Assembly: GCA_951406725.2 (NCBI GenBank)
Contig: OX597817.1
Location: forward strand, 114,638,001 to 114,702,000
Length of the DNA stretch: 64,000 bases
From: Octopus vulgaris
Lineage: Eukaryota
Direction: 5' to 3'
Shown: positions 12,771 to 26,110 of the stretch, one piece after another
Position numbering within the stretch: position 1 is the stretch's first letter
How the letters are laid out: each line of letters starts with the position of its first letter
Program-made: the position numbers and the translations under genes
The notes under the pieces: generated by a model
What the model was told of the DNA's origin: nothing
What the model saw: the letters and a program-made list of their open reading frames with translations, nothing else
Databases searched by the model: none

Positions 12771-13015
12771 TAGATCACTTTAAAACAAAGAATTCCTATA
12801 ATAGAATCTGGGTCAATCTTAAGTGATTTTGTATCTACATGAACATTATTATCTAAGTAATAACCCTCTGATAACATATGAAATAGGAGACAATGAGAAG
12901 ATGGCTGTATGCAGGAAATAATAGTGGAATCTCCTTCAAATCACATTCTACCAATTTAAGAAAGTATATTTTGGATATATAAGAAAGTATATTTTGGATA
13001 TAAGAAAGGACTGTT

Positions 13016-13437
13016 CAAGGCAGCGAACTGGCAGAAACGTTAGCATTCCGGGCGAAATGCTTAGCGGTATTTAGTCTGCCGTTACGTTCTGAGTTCAAAT
13101 TCTGCTGAGGTCAACTTTACCTTTCATCCTTTCAGGGTTGATAAAGTACCAGTTATGCACCAGTGCTAGCACCTGTTGATGTAATCGACTTAATCCCTTT
13201 GTCTGTCCTTGTTTGTCCCCTCTATGTTTAGCCCCTTGTGGGCAATAAAGAAATAGGTATTTCGTCTGCTGTTACGTTCTGAGTTCAAATTCTGCCAAGG
13301 TTGACTTTGCCTTTCATCCTTTCGGGGTCGATAAATAAAGTACCAGTTACACACTGGGGTTGATGTAATCGACTTAATCCCTTTATCTGTCCTTGTTTGC
13401 CCCTTCTATGTTTAACCCCTTGTAGGCAATTAAGAAA
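13016..13437 (+). mobile_element. SINE family A dimer within one TSD
   Basis: Full unit plus 5'-truncated unit; 15 bp TSD TAAGAAAGGACTGTT at 13001-13015 and 13438-13452. Confidence 0.92.
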
Positions 13438-14137
13438 TAAGAAAGGACTGTTGATATGTGCCTGGGTTGTTTCTTATAAGTTTTGTTTGATATTGTATGC
13501 TGCAGATAATCTTTATGGATGGTAGGTATCAAAGTTCAAGTTCAAGTATTTTCTGCTGATTGTGAGCATGTGATACAATCCATCAGTCCATATGGCCCTC
13601 TATTCCTAGTAGGGCTATATGAGTGGAGTCTGGAACCGTGTGATTGGGAAGCAAGCTTCTTACCAAACATCCATGCCTGTGCATATTAATTACCTTGTAT
13701 TCTTTTTGGTGTTGGTGAATTTGCTAAAATTTATTTTCAAAGTTAAAGTTTGAGAGTTATTGTTTAGCACCCACCCCAAGGGCAGCTCTGATTGAGCAAA
13801 CCTATGATGAAATGGCATTCCAGCCTTAACCGTTTTATCCCTTAAAAGGTATCTCAGACTGTAGGGTCCAATATGTCCCACCTTCCCTCTCTGTGTTTCT
13901 GTCAGTTTGTCTGCCTGCCTGTCTGTCTCTTTGTCTGTGGATTTGTCTGTCAGCCTATCTTCCCCTTTATCTGTCTTCCTATCTTTCTGTCTTCCTGTCT
14001 TCCTATCTGTGTATGTGTGTGTGTCTGTCTGTCTATGTTTGCGTCTCTCTCTCTTTCTCTCTGTCTCTCCCTCTCTGTATCTCTCCTCTCCCCCTCTCTC
14101 TTTTCTAACTTCCAAGACAATAAAGTTTAATTTCAGA

Positions 14138-14304
14138 AATATTAAATTTCTAAATATTTCATAAAGATATGTACGGTGGTGGGGCGATAGAGTGGTTGTA
14201 TACTGTCAACTTAACGTGACAATAAGGGAATTACACCACCGCTGTTTAGCCCTAGGAATCATCGATGCTTCCTGTCGGCCTTGACACATTTCCTGTGTCC
14301 TTAT
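14138..14304. mobile_element. Short retroposed insert of unassigned family
   Basis: Flanked by 14 bp direct repeat AGTTTAATTTCAGA (14124-14137, 14305-14318); richer in CpG than the flanks. Confidence 0.55.
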
Positions 14305-15113
14305 AGTTTAATTTCAGATAGTTTAATTACCATTCCCAGACTGCTGTACATCCACATAGTGGTTTGACAGTTAAATATCTTACTTTGGTATAGGTAATGG
14401 AATCGGAACTCTTGGAACTCTGGCCAATAATCTGACATTGTACAGAGGAAGAAAGCCAGCTGTGACTATCCTTCATATGTGTGTGTGTGTGTTTGTGTAA
14501 CAAGTCAATATTTCAGAAAACTGGATTAGCCTCCTGAACAATTTCAATAACTCCACAAAATCACTCAAGCGAAGCAGTTTCTACACAAATTTACTGGAAG
14601 GAAATATAGTGAAAAAGCCATAAGACATAAAAGCAATTCTAATATTTCAAGAATCTTCAAGAGACTCTTAAATATTTCGGTAAATTCTCCAAAATTGCAG
14701 AGTAAATCTCAGTTCTGCATTTTTAGTATAACACACACACACACATACACTGGCAAATGATATAAATGTACATAGGCCATTATATGTAAATAAACACAGT
14801 CACACACAGATGTACAGGCATATGAATATGTGTCTAAGGAATGAAAGAAAGTGTGAGAGAGACTGGAGGAAGAGAGAAAGAGAGAGAGACGGGGTGGGGA
14901 GAAGATATAATTTCAGTTATGAACATTGTTATGTACCTTTTCATAAATTCATGTTTGTAAGAACGTCTTCCATACAATACATGTGTTATGCTTGTGTCAG
15001 AACATGCATCCACGCATACATATCCACACACATGTATATTACACATGTGTGTCTGGTGTGTTTGTATATTTGTACACATGCATGTCTTTATATACATACA
15101 CACACACACATAA

Positions 15114-15144
<31 letters not shown>

Positions 15145-15221
15145 CATACATATATATTTATATATAGATATACACACATACATATATATGCATACACATA
15201 CACATGTAAAAATATATATAG

Positions 15222-15270
<49 letters not shown>

Positions 15271-15974
15271 CATATGTATGTATATAGATACATAATACAG
15301 ATTTAAATATATATCTGTCTGTTTCCTCTTCTTCCTCTCTCTGTGTATGTATTTAGATTGTACACCATGTATATAGGTCATAAGTAAATGTAAATTACTA
15401 TGCGTTGTGGGTGGTGTAGGTTACTATTGTATGCAGTTATGGAACAAACATTTGAAATGCTTCTTAATAAACCAGTATTTGCTTTTGTTATTGTTTTGGT
15501 ATCTATTTTACTCTTCTTCTTTTTTTGTCCTTTTGGTCTCTGGAAGTGAGACTTCTTATCTTTTGAGGCAGAAATAAAGATTAAGAAACTTTGTCAGGTA
15601 AATAACAATCTGAAACATTTAATTTTTAATCTTAATCTCTATCTCAAGTAAGAAGTCTTCTAGAAATCAGATGAAAAATTTCATTATGTTCAAAAGACTG
15701 GTGCATTATGTGATGCTACTTGTATAAATAAATCAAGCATTGATGCTCATATGATCTTCTTGGTTTTCTGCATTTGTGTTTATGTTGATATACATGTAGG
15801 ATATATAATGCATTCCTGTGTCTGTTTACAAGTACCATAGATAGAATACTGGTAAGCACCTGGTAAGCCAAGACAGTGGTGTATGTTTGATTTCTGGTTG
15901 AGTAATTTCACTCAGTATTTAATCCCTTGAATTCTCAGTTCTGTGCATCTGAATATATATATATATATATATAT

Positions 15975-16190
15975 TGATTTCAAATGTTGGCACAAGGCCA
16001 ACAATTTTGTGGGAGGTAGGTAAGTTGATTACATTGATCCTAATGCTCAACTGGTACTCATTTTATCGTCCTTAAAAGGATGAAAAATAAAGTTGACCCT
16101 GGTAAAATTTGAACTCAGAACATGAAATCAGATGAAATGCTCCTAATCATTTCACCCAGCATGCTAATGATTCTGCCAGCTTACTGCCTT
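15975..16190 (-). mobile_element. SINE family A copy
   Basis: GGCACAAGGCC...AATTTGAACTCAG...ATTCTGCCAGC. Confidence 0.8.
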
Positions 16191-16364
16191 AATTTGTGTA
16201 TATATATTATTATATATGTAAAATGTATATGTTTATTTGTGTGTGTATACTGCCAGTATTGTTAAGGTGTGTATCTTATTGAGGACTTGTTCATGAGTTC
16301 AAGCCCTATCATTTCTTCAGCTTTATAATCAATTTTGTTATTGTCAGTGAGGGCAGAAGAACAG

Positions 16365-16640
16365 TGGTTTGGCAGAATCATTAGAACATTGGACAAAATG
16401 CTTTGCAATATTTGCTCTGGTCAAGGGTGACAAGCTGGCAGAATCGTTAACATATTAGGAAAAATGCTTAGCAACCATTTGTTTCTCTGTATGTTCTGGG
16501 TTGAAGTTCTGCTGAGGTCAACTTTGCCCTTCATCCTTTTAGTGGGGGTTGATAAAAAAGGCACCATTTGATCATCAGGGTTGATGTAATTGACTTACAC
16601 CCACCTCTTAAATTGTTGGACTTGTTCCAAAATTTGAAAC
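16365..16640 (+). mobile_element. SINE family A copy with an extra head fragment, degenerate
   Basis: TGGCAGAATC twice, TTTGCCCTTCATCCTTT, GTTGATGTAATTGAC. Confidence 0.7.
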
Positions 16641-18255
16641 CAATATTTGCTATGGTTCTTAAATGCCATTGGAGTAACTGTTGCCATTCAAGCTTTCAGG
16701 GTCAATAAAAGGAAGTACCAGTCCAGATCAGTGGAATTATTAGAGTGCAGAACAAAAAGCCTCATGGCTTTTGTTCCCATTCTTTATATTTTACAATCTG
16801 AGTGTGCCTGTGATGACTGTTGTCAAACTGTATACACCTTTGTATTTCCCTTGCACAACGTCAGTGGTATACTGAGGTAATATTTGTTGCACAGGCCATT
16901 GATGGCCTTCCATTAAAGGATAAAAGAAAAAAAGGCTTGGTGTGGCCTTTACCTGAAGACTAATGACTGGTGCAAATATGAGGTCATCCCTAACAGAAAC
17001 CTTAAGGAAGGCAATGGATTGCAGAATTTAATAAACCATGAAAAAGCTTTGTTAACTGCAGGAAATAACAGCCAAATCTACTGCAAATTATCACAAATAA
17101 AAGTGATCTAAAAAAAAAAAAAGGGATGAGTTGGATAATGTGGTTCTTAGATTCCTGTACCCTGGAAAAAGATGGGTTAGTCATGGTTGCTATGCTTTTG
17201 GTCATAGTTCTGCTTGATAAGAACTAAACTCAGGCTAAAAAACAACAACATAAACAATAATACAGCAACAACTCTTGTTCAATTCCCTATAGATACAGAA
17301 TCAGTGAAATTTAATGCATTCATACTTGATTTTGACAACAGCACATTCTTTAAAATGAAACTAAAGAAGTCAATGACATCTTCCAGCTTCGGGCATGTGG
17401 AAGGCTCTAACTACAAACAGCATTCTATTCTTTACAATGTAATTTAGAAGCTGGCAAATAAACTAACTAACTAAAAACATGCAGAGCCTAGATTATCAAG
17501 AGCTCTGCATATATTTTATTGTTATTTTTCAAAACAAAACAGACAGGAAATAAAGTATATATATATAAATAAACATCTCTATTCCTTGAGAAAATTTTGA
17601 TTTTTGCTACTGCAGGCTGTTTTTAATAGGAATACCTTTTGTCTGTGTTGTTCTTCATAATTTTTTCCTAATGTTTTTTACTTGTTAAGTTCTTTTTTTT
17701 TTTCGTGTGTTTTGTAACATCTGTGTGATATTGGAATATTTCCTGTGTATATTAATATTATTTTGTTGTCTACTGTCATAAGAAAACAGGCTGCCATAAG
17801 TTAGTTCCATTATCTTGTCAATGATATACCCCGAAGCTTTGTATTCAATCTTGAAGCTGACTGAAGCATCAACTGAGGTCCTCTCTAATATATTGGCTCT
17901 CAATCAATAGTTTTCAGTTCATTTTTATTTTGGGAAAATTAAATATGTTTCACATGGACATTCATTTATTCACTTTTTGTTGCATCTGTAAGGTGTGCAG
18001 ACTGGTATATGCATGTATATGCATAAGGGATGTGTGTATGTATATATGTGTGTGTGTATGTATGTTGCATGTATATATATATATATACACATATATATAT
18101 ACACACATACATATGAAACACAAATATATTTATATATATATATATTATATCAATATATCTATATCTACCTATCTATCTCATATATATATGTATATCTACA
18201 TATGTGTTTGTGTGTGTATATGCATATATATGTACATTATATATCTATCTGTCTA

Positions 18256-18324
<69 letters not shown>

Positions 18325-18325
18325 T

Positions 18326-18363
<38 letters not shown>

Positions 18364-18639
18364 GAGTTAGAGGTTCTGCAACTGTCTAAGGGATAAATGT
18401 ATCCATAGGCACTGCTAGTGTATTAATCTTCTCTTATCTGTATACCTCTTTTCTAATCTGTATATACATATATTTACTTATTACTAATCAGTAGAAGTTA
18501 CTGAATGATGCAAGGGATAAGAGTTTTGTGTATTGGCACATAAGCTAAGCAAACTTTAATAAGTATCAATGCATGAAACTTTCAACTTTTGAGTCACTCT
18601 GTAACTTCCGTCAAGTATTAATAATAATAAATATATATA

Positions 18640-19141
18640 TCTTTATATATAAAAGTATGGTTGTGTGTCTGTCTACTCCGATTTAGATTCCTAACTACTC
18701 CCACAATTTGCGGTGCAGTTTAACCAAAACTGGGTATCTTATAGTCGTGATTCATATCGAGCCCTTCTGGGTATTAGCGTGCATCTATGATGAGTCTACG
18801 ATTTAAAAAATAATTTAACATCATTTTTTATTCCATTTTAATGCATAAAATGCATCGTATGTCGATGGCGGCGGAGTTGGCGTCCACGCTCACAGCTGCA
18901 CCTGTTTGCTTCTCCCCCTTCCCTCCCTCGTGAAGCTGTGGGGAAGGGAGTGTAAAGAAATCAACGTCGTAATGCGTTGTGAAGGAAACCAGCGTTCTTT
19001 TAGAACAACGACTTCATGGCTTGAAGACACCAAAACAAAAATGGCTAAGAAAGCCCGAATTTATAAGGGAAGTAACTCTCTAAAAATGCTTATATAGTTA
19101 TTTCCCTTACAAACCCGAGCAACGCCGGGCGATACTGCTAG
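18640..19141 (+). mobile_element. Non-autonomous Helitron, copy 1
   Basis: A|TC 5' end (TCTTTATATATAAAAG), subterminal GC hairpin CCCGAGCAACGCCGGG, 3' CTAG, no TSD. Confidence 0.88.
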
Positions 19142-19534
19142 TCTTTATATATAAAAGTAAGGTTGTGTGTCTGTCTACTCCGATTTAGATTCCTAACTAC
19201 TCCCACATTTTGCGGTGCAGTTTAACCAAAACTGGGTATCTTATAGTCGTGATTCATATCGAGCCCTTCTGCATATTAGCGCGCGTCTACGATGAGTCTA
19301 CGATTTAAAAAATAATTTACCATCATTTTTTTCCATTTTAATGCATATTTTTTAAATATAAGGGAAGTAACTCTCTAAAAATGTCTACGATGAGTCAACG
19401 ATTTAAAAAAAATTTACCATCATTTTTTTTCCATTTTTAATGCATTTCTTTGCTATTTTTTGGCTATAACACTCTAAAAATGCTTTATAGTTATTTCCCT
19501 TACAAACCCGAGCAACGCCGGGCGATACTGCTAG
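19142..19534 (+). mobile_element. Non-autonomous Helitron, copy 2 (head-to-tail with copy 1)
   Basis: Same TC start, hairpin and CTAG|T end; abuts copy 1 at CTAG|TC. Confidence 0.88.
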
Positions 19535-20019
19535 TATATATATATTACTCATAATTTGAGTTCTATTTCTTGTTTGTATCACCAAAGCTACATATTTCAA
19601 AAAAGGATCAAAGACAGTTTCCTGGATTCTGTGGTATATATATTTTCCCTTCACTGGATGGGATGCCAGTCCATCACTGGATTACTTATTTTTGCCAACG
19701 AATGAATGAAAGCAACATGAAATGAAGTTCTTTTCTTGAAAGTACTTCATTTCAAGGTCAAAAATGTAAACATTCCTTTACATATAATGTATTTTCTTGT
19801 TTCCATGAGCAGTATCTTTTAATTTACACCCTCCCCATGCTCTCTCACTCGCTCTGTCTGTTCTCTCTCTCTCTCTCTCTCCATCCTACCACAGAATTTT
19901 AAAAGTGTCTGGCCAGTTAGAAATTTTGCCATAAGATTTGGCTTTTCAAAGCAATATTTAAATCCTTCCTTCAGTGTGTTCTCCTTCAATTAATAATCAA
20001 TTACATAAACCTATTAAAC

Positions 20020-20097
<78 letters not shown>

Positions 20098-20421
20098 GGT
20101 ACAAAAAAGAAAAATAGAACCCAAAATATGAATATATGTATATTTTTATTAACATTTAGCAGAAGTAACAGAGTGACTTAAGGTCTGAAAGTTTTGTGCA
20201 TTGTCACTTATCAAACTAGTTATCTTTTCTCTTTTTCTTTTGTGTGTCAAATAAACACATGCACTATATACTCATTCTACACTTCAGTTTTAGTATTATT
20301 CATATTTTAGTGTCCTTCATCTGAAATCTTTTGTCACGTCCTATGACCTCTGTGGCAACTCTCCATCCCATGTGTCTCCTCCTGTCCTGTTTAGTTCATT
20401 CCGTCTGATTCACATCAGGAA

Positions 20422-21784
<1,363 letters not shown>

Positions 21785-21892
21785 TAGATATAGATATATA
21801 TATAGTTGAAGTTTACAGAACACAAAAGATGAAGACAGGTGTATAAACAACAAACAGGTGTATTAGTTTAATGCTCGGGAAGGTGAGAAAGT

Positions 21893-21929
21893 CTTTTACG
21901 TTTCGAGCCTATGCTCTTCAACAGAAAGG
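21893..21929 (-). ncRNA. Hammerhead-like variant motif
   Basis: Minus strand: CTTT-CTGTTGA-a-GAGC-atag-GCTC-GAAA-CGTA-AAAG; core has an A6>U change; ACGT palindrome in place of stem III. Confidence 0.5.
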
Positions 21930-22079
21930 AACATGAGGAAATAAACAGAGAGAGAATAAAAATAACTTTTGGAGCTAGCAGTTAGTCATGGTGGCTGGCT
22001 GGACAGAGGTTGTTAGACAGGAGAGCTAGGAAGATGGGGAGATAATAAAGTATTGGTGATCCCAAAATGAAGGTGCACA

Positions 22080-22350
22080 TGCTTGTGTATGTGAGAGTGT
22101 GTGTGTGTGCATGTGGATAGGGGCTGGTGACTTTGATGTGTGGATGTGTGTGGTGTGGTGGTGTGTGGTATGGTGTGGCAGAGTTGGGGTGTAGGGATGC
22201 AAGGGAGGGGTTTGGGGATGTGATGGTGGGGTGAGGATGTGGAGGTAGGGGTGGGGTGGTGGGTTGGGATGTGTAGGGGTGGGATGAGGATGGAGGGGAT
22301 AACGATGAAGAGAGAAGGTGGGTAGGAGTGAAGAGAGAAAGTAGGTGTGA
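22080..22350 (+). repeat. GT/G-rich low-complexity tract
   Basis: (GTG)n, (GT)n and many GGG/GGGG runs. Confidence 0.85.
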
Positions 22351-23794
22351 GATAGCATATCTACAAATGTTTCATTAAGATATACCATGAAATCCATTCA
22401 TCTGCTTTATTATTATTTTACACCATGCTTAAAGTTTCATTTAACTTTGGCTACTCTTGGATTTGGGGAATATCGAATAGCAGTGAACTTCACTTTCTTG
22501 GTGCCTCCTTTGCTGAATGAATGGATTGTTTTATCTCTTGTGCATCAGTTTTGAACTGTTTCATTCTATTTTGTAGATCTGTCTTTCTCTCTCTCTCGCT
22601 CTCTTTCTCTTACACACACATATCTATGTATACTTACACATATACATATATACACACACACATATATATATATATATTGACATATATTTACACATTTACA
22701 TATATATATCTATATTTACACGTATATATATATATATATACATTTACATATGTTTACACATATACATACATATACACATATATATATACATGCATACAAA
22801 TATGCATACAAGTGTACATAAAATACATACATGTATACTTACATACATATATACATACACACACACACACACACATACATAAACAATACATGCTCACATA
22901 CATGAATGCTTATAGGACACACACTGTTTTGTTCATGACGGAAATTGTCAAAGCATTGAGATAATGAGAAAGTTTTTTTTAATCTCCAGAAAACACTGTG
23001 GAGAGAGGTGGTGAGCAAGAGAGGGAGACAAAATGTGGATGAAAGAGTAAGTAGGTAGTGCAGTAAAAGCTTGATGGATAATGGTTGTGCAGCATTTTTG
23101 AAGTGCGAAGAATAAAAGAAAAAAAATATGTTAGAAAGATGAGTTTCAGAACTCATCTTTTATAGTAACTGCTAGTATACATTGCTATGAAGGTAATGAG
23201 TATGTGAAGTGAATAGAAAAATATGCAAAGAATTATGCTGTTATTGGTGGAAGAGAGATAAACATGTTCCATGGTTGTGGACTGCTAAGTGCAGAGGTGA
23301 AGGTAGTGCACTTGCACCCTCCTAAAATTTTGTGGGGCAATGAAAATGCTTTGAACATCCTGAGTTGGACCTAATTTTTTTCTTGTACTTATGATTAAGT
23401 GTTGAATGAGTTGGGAAATTTGAAATGAAAATGTCATTTTAAATTATTTAGGTACATATAAATGTATAGTAAGGGTGTTGTAATTTAGTGGCTTGAGTGT
23501 TTGGATCTTGATCATAAGATTGTGGGTTCAATTCCTGGCCTCAGCAGTGTATTGTGCCCTTGAGCAAATCACTTCAGTCTACTCACTGGTAAATGAAAAC
23601 TGGTTTGGTGCTGGTGCAGCTTCTTACCCATCTCCTTTGTTTCTACTTTCTGGATGTGCCACTGGATCAAGAGTGAAGGTGCTTGTGACTGAAATAATTG
23701 GCGAATGTGTGATTCATGTTACCAAGCCTTATTTGTTTACGAGTGATGGCTGGCTATACATAACGACATAATGAACGGTTTCAAGCAGAAACCA

Positions 23795-23965
23795 ATTGGC
23801 GACAGGAAGAGCATCCAGCTGCAGAAACCAAGCCAAATTAGACTGGAATCTGAAGCAGCTCTCTGGCTTGCCAACTCTGGTCAAACCATATAACCCATGC
23901 CAGCATGGAAAATAGATGTCAGAAGATGATGGTGGTGGTGGTGGTGGTGGTGATGGTGATGATGA

Positions 23966-23996
<31 letters not shown>

Positions 23997-24016
23997 AGCA
24001 GTGGTGGTGGTGGTGG

Positions 24017-24064
<48 letters not shown>
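23795..24064 (+). mobile_element. Family D 3' part with expanded (GGT)n/(GAT)n tail
   Basis: TGGCGACAGGAAGAGCATCCAGC...CCATGCCAGCATGGAAA followed by a triplet tract. Confidence 0.8.
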
Positions 24065-24065
<1 letters not shown>

Positions 24066-24229
24066 ATAAGTGATAGAAGAGTAAAGATGTTTTAAGAACC
24101 ATTTATTATAGGCATCAAAAGATTAAAAGATGTAAGAAACTTTTAGTGTTTCTAAACAAATTACAATGTTTATGACTATCTTAATCATATGATTTTATAT
24201 GTGTGGGCATGGATAACTGAATTAATCAC

Positions 24230-24735
24230 AGTACTTACTTGCTAATCACAATACTTACTTGCTTAAGCCCTGTGCTTCCTATGGAGCATAAACCATTAAT
24301 AACTTTTCTCCACTAGTCTTCACTCAGGGTTGTCTTCTCTCCCAGGTCATGGTTGTGAATTATCATTGATGCTTCTATAATGCATTGATGCATTTTTCAA
24401 GATAGGGGAGTGTTATATTGCAATACTACACAGTGGCTGTGTGAGCTACAAAATCCTCATTGCCATTGTTATATCGCTCATTCAGATGACCTCTACTAAA
24501 CTCCTCGATGTCTAGACTTCTCCCTCTATATCTACGTGTTGGGCTAGCCTACTTCATCATCTGGGGGCATCGACACAATAGGGAGTTAACCCAAATTAAA
24601 CCCATTTTTACCTCTAGGAAGAGTTGGTCCTTAATACCTACTCGGTATTAGAGGCCCTGCCAGAAGCTTGCACTTTGCTGGCATAGCTGTTGGGGTCAGT
24701 GAGGCACACAAGCCAACACGCCACAACAAGGACTG
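24230..24735 (-). mobile_element. Probable internally deleted RTE-type non-LTR derivative, interrupted by the TG..CA element
   Basis: TACTTACTTGCTTA tail; GCATAGCTGTTGGGGTCAGTGAGGCACACAAGCC...CCACAACAAGG resembles RTE 5' UTRs as I recall them; no coding remnant seen. Confidence 0.4.
24411..24580. mobile_element. 170 bp TG...(C)A solo-LTR-like element
   Basis: Perfect 5 bp TSD GGGAG (24406-24410, 24581-24585); reverse-complement homologue of 11063-11339. Confidence 0.75.
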
Positions 24736-25198
24736 GACCATATGGTGAACAATATACCATTGATGGATGTTTAATTCATTGAGTCCTAAATTATGGAAAG
24801 GGCAAAGACAATACCTTCTGAATTTGAACTCAGATACTTGAGGAATAGAATAATATTCTGTAAGTAAGGTAATTTGATCCAGCATTTCAATTAATATTGT
24901 AGTGAAAAAATAGTGTTGTGCTGTCGTAGGCTATATTGTAGAATTGAAGATTTACTTTTGTAGACAGTATTGTTACAATTTCAAGGTACACTGTGACTGA
25001 GTTTACTGTTACAGTGGTATCCTTTTGTGTTTGATAAATAAAGCATCAGTCTAAGCATGGAAAAATGGATGTAAAAATGGACAAACAGGATACTGTGTTA
25101 TAGGTTTTACTGTAATATCATAAATTTTATTGTGGTGATTACAGGATACTGTGTTATAGGAAATATATATATTAGCGAAAGAAACAGTATGAATGATG

Positions 25199-25373
25199 AG
25201 AGGTAATATTCATCCCCACTTAAACGTGGATGTTCTGTTAGTACAAACTATACTGTGGCAGATATCATGAGAGAAACACTCATACTGGTCTTTTGGGGCA
25301 AAATACATGCTTGTTTGTTCACTTGTTGGCTCTAACAGAACTTCCACATTTAAGCAGGGATAAATATTATCTT
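25199..25373. mobile_element. ~175 bp MITE-like inverted repeat
   Basis: ~42 bp imperfect arms GGTAATATTCATCCCCACTTAAACGTGGATGTTCTGTTAG / CTAACAGAACTTCCACATTTAAGCAGGGATAAATATTATC. Confidence 0.65.
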
Positions 25374-25488
25374 ACTGTATTATAAGTTCTGTCATAACAT
25401 CATAGGGTTTATTGTCACATTTATTAGTTTTTCACTGTAACATTGTAAGATTTATTGTGGTAGTTATGATGTTCTATGTTGTAGATTG

Positions 25489-25754
25489 GTGTGGAGATGC
25501 GTGGCTTAGTGGTTAGGGTGTCAGCACCATGATCGTAAGATTGTGGTTTCGATTCTTGGACCGAGTGACGCGTTGTGTTCTTGAGCAAAGCACTTCATTT
25601 CATGTTGCTCCAGTCCACTCTGCTGGCAAAAATGAGTAACGCTGTGATGGACTGGCGTCCCATCCAGCTGGGGAACACATACGCCATAGAAACCAGGAAA
25701 CCGGGCCCATGAGCCTGGCTAGGCTTTAAAAGGGCGCATTTATTTATTATTATT
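25489..25754 (+). mobile_element. SINE family C, full length (tRNA head, V-SINE-like central block)
   Basis: TGGCTTAGTGG A box, GGTTTCGATTC B box, GATGGACTGGCGTCCCATCCAG block, (ATTT)n tail; 14 bp TSD TATGTTGTAGATTG. Confidence 0.92.
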
Positions 25755-25811
25755 TATGTTGTAGATTGTACTGTAATATCAGTGAGGAACAGGTTGTGTT
25801 AGTGACATAGG

Positions 25812-26110
25812 TGAGGGCACATTGCCCTGTGGTTAGAGTGTTACATTCATGATTGCAAGATTATGGTTTCGATTCTTGGAATGGGTGATGTGTTGTATTG
25901 TATTGTGTTGTTGAGCAAAGCACTTCATCTCACATTGCTCTCTGATCACTTTGACATCTGACATATGACACCCTGTGCACCTGTATAGGCAATGTTGATT
26001 TGATGTAGTGAGCTAATGAACAGTGGAAACATTTGGTCACTATAAACAAATCATCTGTGCAGATTGTTCACCAAGAAATTGTGGAACCCTCATCTGTCGT
26101 CTACGATAGG
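25812..26110 (+). mobile_element. Family C head with alternative body/tail
   Basis: Same head as C; body shared with 55185-55475. Confidence 0.75.

Noticed and set aside
18488-18625. Further hammerhead-like remnants (GAAGTTACAGAGTGACTC..GAAA; related copy at ~20155-20220)
   Set aside because: A small repeat family is evident, but the core boxes are too degenerate to call a ribozyme.
22180-22325. G-quadruplex regulatory element
   Set aside because: G-runs are part of a degenerate GT-rich simple repeat; nothing indicates function.
25489-25575. tRNA gene
   Set aside because: tRNA-derived SINE head that continues into a SINE body with TSDs; I could not fold a convincing cloverleaf.
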